Part shown: positions 20,970-30,282 of the stretch, piece by piece
How positions within the stretch are numbered: position 1 is the first letter of the stretch
Layout: every line of letters begins with the position of its first letter
Assembly (NCBI GenBank): GCA_963665095.1
Contig: OY762069.1
Span: 5,600,001 to 5,664,000 of the forward strand
DNA length: 64,000 nucleotides
Reading direction: 5' to 3'
Source of the DNA: an uncultured Desulfobacter sp.
GTDB taxonomy: Bacteria; Desulfobacterota; Desulfobacteria; Desulfobacterales; Desulfobacteraceae
Program-made: the position numbers and the translations under genes
The notes under the pieces: generated by a model
Database searches by the model: none
Seen by the model: only the letters and a program-made list of their open reading frames with translations
Told to the model about the DNA's origin: nothing

Positions 20970-21085
20970 AGTTTCTTCTTTGAGGTCAGAAACAGATCCG
21001 CAATATCCCGGAATTCATCGGGGTTTGTCCACATGAACGGATGATCTCCTGAATGCGAGAGGTAGATTTTGCTTTGGGCAATTTG
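20970..21085 (-). pseudogene. possible C-terminal remnant of an alpha/beta hydrolase
   Basis: SKIYLSHSGDHPFMWTNPDEFRDIADLFL resembles the terminal His helix of the fold; abuts the IS3 remnant. Confidence 0.35.
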
Positions 21086-21099
21086 CCCCCCCCCGGCCT

Positions 21100-21820
21100 T
21101 CATCCAGCCCTCCTTTGCTGCTGTCTACCAAAATATATTTCCGCCGGTGTCTGACCCTCAAAACTTTGATGAGGCCGTTCATGGTTATAAAAATCAAAGT
21201 ATTGCTTTAGGGACTTGCGTAGTTGCTCAACAGATTGAAATTCGTTCACATAAATTTCTTCATACTTCACGCTGCGCCATAGCCGCTCTATGAAAATATT
21301 GTCCATGGCCCGCCCTTTTCCGTCCATACTAATTTTAATCCCCTTATCTTTCAGGACTTTTGTGAACTCATGGCTGGTGTATTGCGCACCTTGGTCTGTG
21401 TTAAATATATGGGGTGTGCCATGACGTCTTAGTGCTCTTTCAAGGGCCGATACACAAAACTCACTATCCATGGTTACCGAAAGTTCCCAAGACAAGACAT
21501 AGCGGCTGTGCCAATCCATGACAGCCGTTAAATATACGAACCCACCGGCCAGGCGGATATATGTCAAATCAGTACACCACACCTGATCTGCCCTGGTTAC
21601 ATCAAAATTCCTTAAAAGATATGGGTATATTTTATGTTGGGGGTGGGCTCTACTCGTATTCGGTTTCGGGGCTATGGACTGAATCCCCATTTTACGCATC
21701 AATCTCTGAACTCGTTTACGATTGATTTTATACCCTTTGCGCATTAAAACATTGCGCATTTGGCGAGTCCCGTAGAAGGGGTGATCCGTGTATTCTTTGT
21801 CAATGATTTTCATTATCTCT
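21100..21820 (-). mobile_element. IS3 family remnant (OrfB DDE domain, 5'-truncated, no OrfA)
   Basis: INRKRVQRLMR, WCTDLTYI, NTDQGAQY, DNIFIERLWRSVKYE, YNHERPH; sequence ends at the IS4 terminal repeat. Confidence 0.92.
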
Positions 21821-23130
21821 CAGTAGTGTCCGGTTAGGTTTTTGCTTGCTCAGTAATTTTTTGATCTTTGACAATATTGTCTCTGTTTGAACCGTGAAAA
21901 GCATCATTGTTGCTCTCAATCAGATCATTCAAGATGGCTGTTCGTAACTGCCGAACCCTTTTAATAGTAACCTTTTCATTAAACTCGTTTCGACAGTAGA
22001 TTGCAAGCAACAGATACGTGATGAGGCCGCTAAGGATTTGCACCATAAGGCCATATTCGCTGCGGGCAATGAGGTGGTAAACTTTCAGGTGTCCTTTCCA
22101 CCATTTGAAAAAATCTTCAATGGTCCACCGGAGCTTATATATGGTTGCTATTTGCTCTGCCGTTAAATCATGCCTGTCAGTTGCTACATAGTATTTCACG
22201 CCGGCAATTTTATAGCCAACAACCCGGACGGGAGTTTTTGTCTGGTTCAGGTTCGGAGTGCCAAGGAAGACCAGAGCATCATAGAAAATGTAGCTGCCAT
22301 AGTTGACCTCGTGAGTCTCAATTACCGTTCTGGTTGTTTTGGCTTTTATACGGCAAACAAAATGCTTGCCTTGTGCCTGTAGCAAGTCAAAATCGTGATG
22401 TGATTGATAGCCACGGTCCATAACACCTGTTTGCCCCTCGGTAAGTATCTTTGGGACAAAAGGGCGCTCCCCGCCGTTGCCTTCTGTCAGGAATATTTTG
22501 TTTGGAATGCCGTGATTTATGTCAAATCCGCAATGCGCTTTGGCTTTTTTACTTCCTTTCCTGTAGTTTGCCCAATGCATTGAAAGGACGGCATTTATAA
22601 GGCTGCCGTCAATGGAAACCAGATCGCCCAACTCGGCATGCTCCTTTGGCAGGCACCCAACAGCCTGTTTATAAAGATCTTCGAAGACAAATTGCAGTTG
22701 TTCAAGCCCTCGGTGGTTGACTGCTTCACAAAAGCTGCTGCGGCTGATACCGCCTTCCGGAGCAATATGTTCTTTGGCAAAAATATTTTCCTTGAGATCT
22801 TGGACTAAATGCCGGGCTGATTTGTGTTCCTGCAGATGAAAATAAATCAGGGCATTTATCTGGTCTTCGAATGTCATTTTTAAAGGTCGGTCTCCTCGAG
22901 ATTGCAATTCTGGTGCTTGTGGAAGCGACCTTATCAGAGGGTTACGGAACTTGTCAAAATTCAGGGACGATATTATGGCTTTGGTAATTGAAATGCGCGT
23001 CATTTGGGCTCCTTGATAAAATTTTTCAAGGCGCGCAAAAATTTTTACGCACATTTGTCAACATAAAAATGACGTTTTTTGAATAATTTTAGATATTTTT
23101 TATATGCAACAACCTAACCGGACACTACTG
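21821..23130 (-). mobile_element. IS4 family insertion sequence, 1310 bp, apparently complete
   Basis: Perfect 20-bp terminal IR CAGTAGTGTCCGGTTAGGTT (21821-21840 / 23111-23130), 24 of 25 when extended; no target duplication. Confidence 0.92.
21834..23054 (-). CDS. IS4 family DDE transposase (start may be ATG at 23003)
   Basis: IDGS, MDRGY, YKLRWTIEDFFK (YREK motif). Confidence 0.93.
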   Translation of the reverse strand: MCVKIFARLEKFYQGAQMTRISITKAIISSLNFDKFRNPLIRSLPQAPELQSRGDRPLKMTFEDQINALIYFHLQEHKSARHLVQDLKENIFAKEHIAPEGGISRSSFCEAVNHRGLEQLQFVFEDLYKQAVGCLPKEHAELGDLVSIDGSLINAVLSMHWANYRKGSKKAKAHCGFDINHGIPNKIFLTEGNGGERPFVPKILTEGQTGVMDRGYQSHHDFDLLQAQGKHFVCRIKAKTTRTVIETHEVNYGSYIFYDALVFLGTPNLNQTKTPVRVVGYKIAGVKYYVATDRHDLTAEQIATIYKLRWTIEDFFKWWKGHLKVYHLIARSEYGLMVQILSGLITYLLLAIYCRNEFNEKVTIKRVRQLRTAILNDLIESNNDAFHGSNRDNIVKDQKITEQAKT

Positions 23131-23625
23131 ACTAAGATGGTTCTTTCGCAATTTGATCGGAATGAAAACATTGCCAGGCAGTCCTACATTGATTTTTTCC
23201 AAGCCCAGAGAGACGAAGGCTACAGAAAGGAATTTCATACTGGAGTCTATGAAAGCAGAATTTTGGGTGATGACCATTTCAGCGAACAAGTTTTCTTGCT
23301 GGCCGAAGAGCAATGGAGATATAGATGGTCATATGATCAATTGATAACATCCCTATGCTCGGTTTACAAAATTGAGAACAGCACCCTTATTGAACCGGGA
23401 AAACGCCAGCCTGCAGCCCAAGCAAGAGCTGTTGCCTCTTTCCTGGTTCAGGAAAATAATTATACGTCTTTGACAGATTTGGGGAAGATTTTTGGCAGAG
23501 ACCTGACTGCCCTTAGCAAATCTGCCGGCCGGATAAGAGATCGTCTTAAAAGGGATGCCGAATTACAGGGAAAAATCAAACGTATAAAAATGCTGCTTGG
23601 GCGAATGCCTAAATGTCAAGCCTGA
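23131..23625 (+). pseudogene. C-terminal fragment of a REP-associated/Y1 tyrosine transposase with DnaA-C-like HTH
   Basis: RILGDDHF, QARAVASFL, SLTDLGKIFGRD; N-terminal HUH domain absent; ends in GCCTGACCCC with TGACCCCTTTA duplicated. Confidence 0.65.
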
Positions 23626-23790
23626 CCCCTTTATTCATGACCCCTTTACAGTTACCCATATTTTTAATCGTGTCCCCGTTAATTAGACCCCTAGTTGCAA
23701 ACATTGGCTTGACACCGATGCCTATCCTAGGATTTGATATAGCCGGGTATGAAGTTTTTATGATCAAACCTGCACAAACATGGGGAACAC

Positions 23791-24915
23791 ATGTCTAAAG
23801 CAGTCGAGCAAGCGATTAGAGAACTGGTGTTATTCAGGCGCGGGAAAGGGGCGTTGGCATCTGCTCCTGATTATTCAAAAGCAGATAGTTTAAGATCGTT
23901 TGTAGAGCAAATGGAAGCAACGGGAGCGTTTATCACAATCGTCTGGGACTATATTCAAGATGACTTTCTCTTTCTTTCGGATAAATTTTGTAACTATTTT
24001 GGATTCGATCCAAGAAATGTCCGCAGGGAAAAACTGGCCTATCTCTTGAACCGGCTGATTCCCATTGATGCCATTATTATGATGAACGGATCAAGCTATG
24101 TATGGGATTATGTGTCCGGTCTCCCAATGGATCTGCGTAAAAACTATAAGGTGAGCGCGGAATTCAGGATGAGAAATGACTATAATAAAATGATCCGCGT
24201 GCGGTATCAGAATGTAACTCTTGAGATCACTGATACCGGGGACTTTTGGCTCAACTTGATGCTATTTGAGATGGCCCCGGACCAAGATATGGAACTGATA
24301 GGCAATATCTCATGCATTGATGCGGTTTCAGGGGAAACGATATTAACTACAGAAAAGGTCAAAGAACATCTTTGTCGCAATATTTTGTCCAAACAGGAGC
24401 TTGAGGTGTTGAGATGGATAGCAAAGGGAAAGGATTCCAGACAAATTGCCGCTAAGTTGAACATCAGTGAGAACAAGGTAGATCAACATCGAGGACAAAT
24501 CCTTAAAAAGATTAAAACCGATGATGCCAACGATGCGGCAGCGTTCATACGGGATGTATTTGTTGATTCAGACTCTGTCAGAGGACCATTCTTAGACAAC
24601 AAGGTCTTGCAGCGGGAACAGATTGTTGATCTGATGAATCTGACGCTTCATTATTGGGTGGAATCAACCGGTCTTTCCAAGGCGGATCTGGCAGAGGGTT
24701 CCGGGATTTGGAGCGTCTATCTGGACGGCAATGGATGGCGGCGGACCCAAACCCTGGATAAATATCTCAATATTCAGACACTGCCGAAAAACCCCAAAAT
24801 ATCACGAGTGCTGCAAAGCGCTTATTACGTTTTAGATAAGTGCAAGACATCGTCTCTCAAGAGAGAACAGATTTTGACTGCCCTTGAAGGCCTGAAAGCA
24901 ATGGGGCATTCTTAA
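23791..24915 (+). CDS. PAS-like + LuxR HTH regulator with an extra C-terminal domain
   Basis: LSKQELEVLRWIAKGKDSRQIAAKLNISENKVDQHR; about 100 aa C-terminal extension. Confidence 0.85.
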   Translation: MSKAVEQAIRELVLFRRGKGALASAPDYSKADSLRSFVEQMEATGAFITIVWDYIQDDFLFLSDKFCNYFGFDPRNVRREKLAYLLNRLIPIDAIIMMNGSSYVWDYVSGLPMDLRKNYKVSAEFRMRNDYNKMIRVRYQNVTLEITDTGDFWLNLMLFEMAPDQDMELIGNISCIDAVSGETILTTEKVKEHLCRNILSKQELEVLRWIAKGKDSRQIAAKLNISENKVDQHRGQILKKIKTDDANDAAAFIRDVFVDSDSVRGPFLDNKVLQREQIVDLMNLTLHYWVESTGLSKADLAEGSGIWSVYLDGNGWRRTQTLDKYLNIQTLPKNPKISRVLQSAYYVLDKCKTSSLKREQILTALEGLKAMGHS

Positions 24916-25362
24916 CCCCTTAAGCCGTTTTATTCCCCTGGAGGCCGCCTGTTTAGATAATTGGCCCCCATTATCCCCCTAAAAGCCCTGGCCCGGTTCC
25001 GGGTTGACGGGTAATCCGGGGGAGCATTTTCCCTTAAATCAGGAATTAATTTACCCAAATATTGGGGTTAACTTTCGGACTATCCTTTGTTTTTGAGTGG
25101 TTTATAGCTGTTTTTAAACTATTTCTGTCTCATTGTATTTGTTTGTATTTCCTTTGATTTTAATATATTACAAAAATTTTAACGGTTTTTAACAGTGATT
25201 TTTTCCCAAAAAACGGGCGGATTGTGATTTATAAGACTTTGAATTGCCCATAATCTGAACCGCATATGTTGACGGCAGTGCAGCAGGGGCCAATGCCGGT
25301 GCCTCACAGGGCAACGCCTATACGGATTTGCAGGCCGTCATGTATAATAAGGAGAACCCATC

Positions 25363-26304
25363 ATGGAAAAAACCCTGGCCGTTTTTATTGCCCTATGGCT
25401 GGTGTTGCTCACTTTCTGGGCTGCGCCCCCCTGCCTTGCCAGCAACGTGACGATAACCAAATTAGTGGGTAATCCCCCACTATCGAATAATAAGATAGCC
25501 ATTTCCGTCTCCATTGATCCTTGTGATACCCTCCTATATGCATACAAGTATTATTATGTCGACGAGGTCGAGGGCAAAGAAGTGTTACTTGAGGAAGGCG
25601 CTACTGAATGCAAAGATCACGAAATGTCCATCACCTAGCCCGGAAACTTTATGCTGGGCAACCCTGTATACTTTAAGGTGGTTGTTCAGTCGGAATTTTC
25701 AGAGTTTGGCTCCGCGCAAATTGATCTCAGGGAGTGTGAACTTGCTGGTGAGTGGGTTGCCGCTGTAACTGCCTTTAACCAGCCATACGGGTTCACCCCC
25801 GGCTGGAACCTGAAGTGCCTGCCCTGCGTACCCAAAGGAAACCTCAACACGGCATCCCTATGGCTGAAAGATCTCAGGGATCAGGGCGTTTTAGCCACAA
25901 AAATCAGACGCTGGACCGGCAGTGACTGGCAGACCTATACCCGGGGGGATACGTCCGGCGATTTTGACATCAGACGTGGCTGGGGCTATTTCATCTATTC
26001 GGAGTCATCCGGTTCGTGGACGAGGGAAACCGAAGTCGAAGTAATATACGGCGGAGGTTATTTTCTACAATCAGGTTGTACTGACTGCTGGGATCTCAGT
26101 TTTGAAGACGGCTGGAATCTTGTGGGCGGCTACCTGTTTGGCCAGACCACGGCCAAAGGCCTGATTAACCGGCTCCAAAGCGAAGGCATCGACAAGATCC
26201 AGCAATGGGACGGCAGCGGCTGGCAGACCTATACGAAGGGTGCCTCCTTCGGCAATTTCAACCTGGACTACAAGAGTGCCTATTTTATCCACAAAAATCC
26301 GTGA
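25363..26304 (+). pseudogene. secreted FN3-like / GWNL-repeat protein with in-frame TAG at 25636-25638 (pseudogene or read-through)
   Basis: AAGGAG RBS and signal peptide. ORFs 25363-25638 and 25651-26304 are in the same frame with only ACC TAG CCC interrupting; two GWNL...WQTY...YFI repeats. Confidence 0.7.
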
Positions 26305-26440
26305 TCCCGGATCGGAGATTTTTGAGCCGGGCCTTTTTTTTGACAGCGGCCGGTATACGAAAACACAAAGCCCCCGACTGCCAATGGATACGGCGACCGG
26401 CAAAAATGGCATCGTGCTTACAAATTCAGGGAACGCTTGA

Positions 26441-29400
26441 ATGGAATGGAAAATAAAAATGCATAAACGGATCATATTCAAAAAAAACTGGCCATGGTTT
26501 TTGAATATTCTTCTATTCACTGTTTTCTTCTGCCCTGCCATCTGGGCCAGTCCGGTTCTGAACATGAAAATCACCAATGTCAGAGGGGCGCAGTTTACCG
26601 TGTCCTGGACCACAGAAGAAGCCGTCGAGGGCCAGGTGCGCCACGGCACATCCACGTCCGGCACGGAGGAGTGGGTGAGCGCATCCGATGACAGGGGAAG
26701 CGTTTCCGATGACATCCACCATATCACCATCACAGGCCTTGTGCCGGAACAGACCGTTTATTTTGAACTCATTTCAGGCACAACAACCGATGATAACGAC
26801 GGTGCCTATTACAGCATCAATCCCGGACCGGCCATCACCCCGCCCGCCGGGTCATGTCAGCCTGCCGGGCTCGTTTACAAGGACGAGCAAGAAACAACCC
26901 CGGCCTATGGTTCCATTGTCTATGTCACCATTAAAGGAACTGCCGATTCAGCGACAGAATCCGTTCTGGTGACCTCGGATACCGACGGACACTGGTTCCT
27001 GGAACTAGGAAACTTCAGAGTGGCGGATTATTCCGCACTTTACAACACCGATGTCGAGGCGGTCTGCGGCACCCAGGAACTTATTGTGGAGGTCCAGGCA
27101 GGCAGCGATGGTGTGGCCGACATGACCACCGATTCCCAGAGTTATTTGGACGACGGGGCGCGTCCCAATTTAATTCTGGTGCCCGCCGTAACCCTTTCCA
27201 CAACGGCAGCAGACCCCACAAATGCATCCGCCATCCCGGTGACCGTGGCCTTCAGCGAGCAGGTGACAGGATTTACCGTTGACGACCTTGTGGTTGGAAA
27301 CGGCACGGCTGCGGATTTTACCGAAACAACCACGGGACAGGTCTGGACCGTGAACATCATCCCCCCAGCCGACGGTGAAGTCACTGTGGATGTAAGCCCG
27401 GGCATTGTCCAGGATCTTGTGGGAAATGACAACACCGCCGCCGGCCGGCTCAGCCTGACCTATGATACGGACACCGATGATGACGGCCTGACCAACAAGG
27501 AGGAGATTGACAACGGCACCGACCCCAATGATGCCGACACGGATAACGACGGGACCCCGGCCGGCAGCGACACCTGCCCCAATGATCCGGATAAAACCCG
27601 GCCCGGCACCTGCGGGTGCGGCGTCCCGGAAGGCTCCTGCGGATCCGGATCCGATGGTTCCGATGGTTCCGATGGTTCCGGTGGTTCACAAAATTCGAAC
27701 CAATGGATCGAAGATATCGTGGACAATGTCTCTGATGCCATTGATCTTCCCGAGGGATCGGATATCACCGCCGAAGAGGTACAGGAGGTTGCTAATCTAG
27801 TCAACGATATGCTCAACCGGATCTTATATATGGTGGAAGCGGGCAGCATTACAAGCGGCAAATCCCTTGCCGCGCTGGCAGTGGCGGGTGATGCGCTCAG
27901 GCTTCTGGCCGATGCCGGTGAAGCCGGGATTTTAACTGACGGCAACGAAATCACGACAATGCTTGATTACGTTCTTGTCCTCATGGCCAATGCTTTTGCC
28001 TCCGGCGAGGCGCTCACGTCCAATGAGTTTTCACAGATTGTGGACTGCGCAGCCTCTATTACTGACGCTTTGCCGGGACTGATCGAACATCTGGATTTTG
28101 AAACGGGGATAGAGATTGCCGGGCAGGCGGCGCAACTGATTGCAGCAGGCATCACTGCGGGATTGTCCTGCGCCAATATTGATACCCAGGCTTTAATCAG
28201 CCTTATCAATACTATAAGCGGTATTATGACGGCCCTGCCCAATGATAATACGGCGGGGGCAAACACAGGTATCCTCAACAACAGGGTTGATATCATATCA
28301 GGCGCCATTGAGGCACTTTTTACAGGTTCCGATGACGGCCTGGTTTTGCAGGCGCTGTCCCAAAGCCTGCAAAACCAGGCTGTTTTGATTCTTGATACCG
28401 TTAAAAACACCTTGTTTTCCGGTCTGAATCCCCAAAGCCAAGGAGCGGCCGTGCGCCTGGAATATGCCGATTACAGCGTATCTGACCTGGAAGAGGTGGA
28501 TGTGCAGGCCCTGACATGGGAAGAGATAGAGAACCTAACAGCAGAAATTGCCGGGCTTATCAGCTCTTTTACCCAATATGGTCTGGAATTGCAAAACCCC
28601 CTGGCAGAGCAGGTAACGGCCTTGCTGGATACTGTTTTTCAATCCGCTGTCAACCTGTTGGCCCGGGAGCCGGGCATCGATATCCCCGAAGGCTTCTATT
28701 CTGATGATCCGGCTGTCCTTGAGGGAGTTTTCATCAACAATCCCAAACTGCTGCAAAAAGTTCTTAAAGTAAGCAGTGCCGGGATAAGCTGTGACCTTGA
28801 CCGGGATGAACTGCTTGCAAGACTTCAGGATACCGGAAATGGATTCAGTGCAGAACAGGCCGGGGTTATTGAAGAAATTCTCCCGGAACTTACTGACTTT
28901 GATCAAGACCTTATGGAAGGCGACTGCGGCACGGCACGGGCGATCCTTACCAATATCTTATCGTCCTATTGGCCGGATTCATCGGTGACGGTGGAAGGAG
29001 AATATCCCGCCTGCTTAACCATCGAAAAAAGATCGGCTATGGCAGAATCCGTCTCAACATACCTTACCTCGGTCATGATATGTGATGTGAGCCTTGTTAC
29101 CTCTTTTATACCCGACGGCATCTACAATCTTATGGATGGCTCACGTCTTCTGGTAAAGGCCCCTGTGGCAATAACGGTGACCTCCTCTTTTTTTCAGGCC
29201 TGCCATGCTGTTTCCTCCCTGGCCGGCTATGGTTATCCTGTTGCCATGGAAAAGGACGGCCGGTTCAGTATTCTGTTTGATGACGCGGTTACATTGAGCG
29301 CCATGCCGGGATATCTATCTGAAACCGGCATTAATGCGCAGGTCAACGGGGAAACAATTTCATTTGCCGTCGACATTGATGACCCTGTATCAGACGATTA

Positions 29401-29725
29401 CAAGCTTACAATTACATACCCTGACGGCAGTCAACAGGATATAGCCCCCGCGGTTCATGACCTGGACCTGTTTGTGAACCACCTTGGCAGCCATGATATG
29501 CAATTTTTAATTGACCGTGACAGCGGCATTATCACCATTGGCACCCAAACATATAAGCCCGGGTTCTGGGTTAAGCCCCTGGACGATGATGATCTTGCCT
29601 GGTTCAACGAACACCGGGAGCAGGAAGTCGCCTTCAGGGTCTGTGATGCCAACCGGGACGGCCGGCAGGATGCCCTGATGATCACATCCCGGGGAAAGCA
29701 GATGATTTTTGCCGTGGGTGAGTGA
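26441..29725 (+). CDS. large secreted/surface protein: FN3-like, Ig-like, acidic TSP3-like Ca-binding repeats, helical region
   Basis: Signal peptide (IWA-SP), ITNVRGAQFTVSWTT, VTVAFSEQVTGF, DTDDDGLTNKEE..GTDPNDADTDNDG, CPNDPDK..PGTCGCG. Confidence 0.85.
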   Translation: MEWKIKMHKRIIFKKNWPWFLNILLFTVFFCPAIWASPVLNMKITNVRGAQFTVSWTTEEAVEGQVRHGTSTSGTEEWVSASDDRGSVSDDIHHITITGLVPEQTVYFELISGTTTDDNDGAYYSINPGPAITPPAGSCQPAGLVYKDEQETTPAYGSIVYVTIKGTADSATESVLVTSDTDGHWFLELGNFRVADYSALYNTDVEAVCGTQELIVEVQAGSDGVADMTTDSQSYLDDGARPNLILVPAVTLSTTAADPTNASAIPVTVAFSEQVTGFTVDDLVVGNGTAADFTETTTGQVWTVNIIPPADGEVTVDVSPGIVQDLVGNDNTAAGRLSLTYDTDTDDDGLTNKEEIDNGTDPNDADTDNDGTPAGSDTCPNDPDKTRPGTCGCGVPEGSCGSGSDGSDGSDGSGGSQNSNQWIEDIVDNVSDAIDLPEGSDITAEEVQEVANLVNDMLNRILYMVEAGSITSGKSLAALAVAGDALRLLADAGEAGILTDGNEITTMLDYVLVLMANAFASGEALTSNEFSQIVDCAASITDALPGLIEHLDFETGIEIAGQAAQLIAAGITAGLSCANIDTQALISLINTISGIMTALPNDNTAGANTGILNNRVDIISGAIEALFTGSDDGLVLQALSQSLQNQAVLILDTVKNTLFSGLNPQSQGAAVRLEYADYSVSDLEEVDVQALTWEEIENLTAEIAGLISSFTQYGLELQNPLAEQVTALLDTVFQSAVNLLAREPGIDIPEGFYSDDPAVLEGVFINNPKLLQKVLKVSSAGISCDLDRDELLARLQDTGNGFSAEQAGVIEEILPELTDFDQDLMEGDCGTARAILTNILSSYWPDSSVTVEGEYPACLTIEKRSAMAESVSTYLTSVMICDVSLVTSFIPDGIYNLMDGSRLLVKAPVAITVTSSFFQACHAVSSLAGYGYPVAMEKDGRFSILFDDAVTLSAMPGYLSETGINAQVNGETISFAVDIDDPVSDDYKLTITYPDGSQQDIAPAVHDLDLFVNHLGSHDMQFLIDRDSGIITIGTQTYKPGFWVKPLDDDDLAWFNEHREQEVAFRVCDANRDGRQDALMITSRGKQMIFAVGE
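27650..27687 (+). repeat. 9-bp in-frame tandem repeat (TCCGATGGT) x about 4, encoding an SDG linker
   Basis: Direct reading of the sequence. Confidence 0.9.
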
Positions 29726-29969
29726 TGCAGACTATCTTAACAAACAGACCGGTGCCGGTATTACCACCGATCTTGTGGTGATGAGTGTTGGTGCCGCAGG
29801 CGCTTTGAACGACACGTTAAAGGCTCTTGTCAACCCGGGCGAAGAGATCCTTGTGCCCGCCCCCTATTTTGTAGGCTACAACCAGTATGCCTTTATTGCC
29901 GGGGCCAGCCTTAAGACCGCTGAATCCCTGCCGGATTTCCACCTTGACCTTGATGCCATTGACAGATAA
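29726..29969 (+). pseudogene. internal fragment of a class I/II PLP aminotransferase
   Basis: VVMSVGAAGALN...LVNPGEEILVPAPYFVGY...FHLDLDAI; no start codon and no PLP lysine region. Confidence 0.8.
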
Positions 29970-30282
29970 GAACTTGCTTTTTGACTCAAGAAGTATAGAA
30001 AAATATTGGAAGCTTGAAATATGCCCCCGCCGGGCCACAGGCACAACAATTCTAATAATTCTTTTACCAAAAATATCAAATTAAAAAGAATCAACAAAAT
30101 GTATATTTTTACATATCAGATAGATACACACATTTTAACTGTTTTTAACAGGAGTTTTAAATTCAAAAACAGACCGATTTATAATACTTAAACGTATAAC
30201 AGGAGAAAATTTTTAAAGGAAAGGCAATAGCGGGTAGCATAAAACTTTTAACAGTTGATTGCTCATTATAAAGGAGATTACG

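Noticed and set aside
23104..23130. ATG at 23104 as the start of a 173-aa gene
   Set aside because: The start lies inside the IS4 end; the remainder is a truncated transposase fragment.
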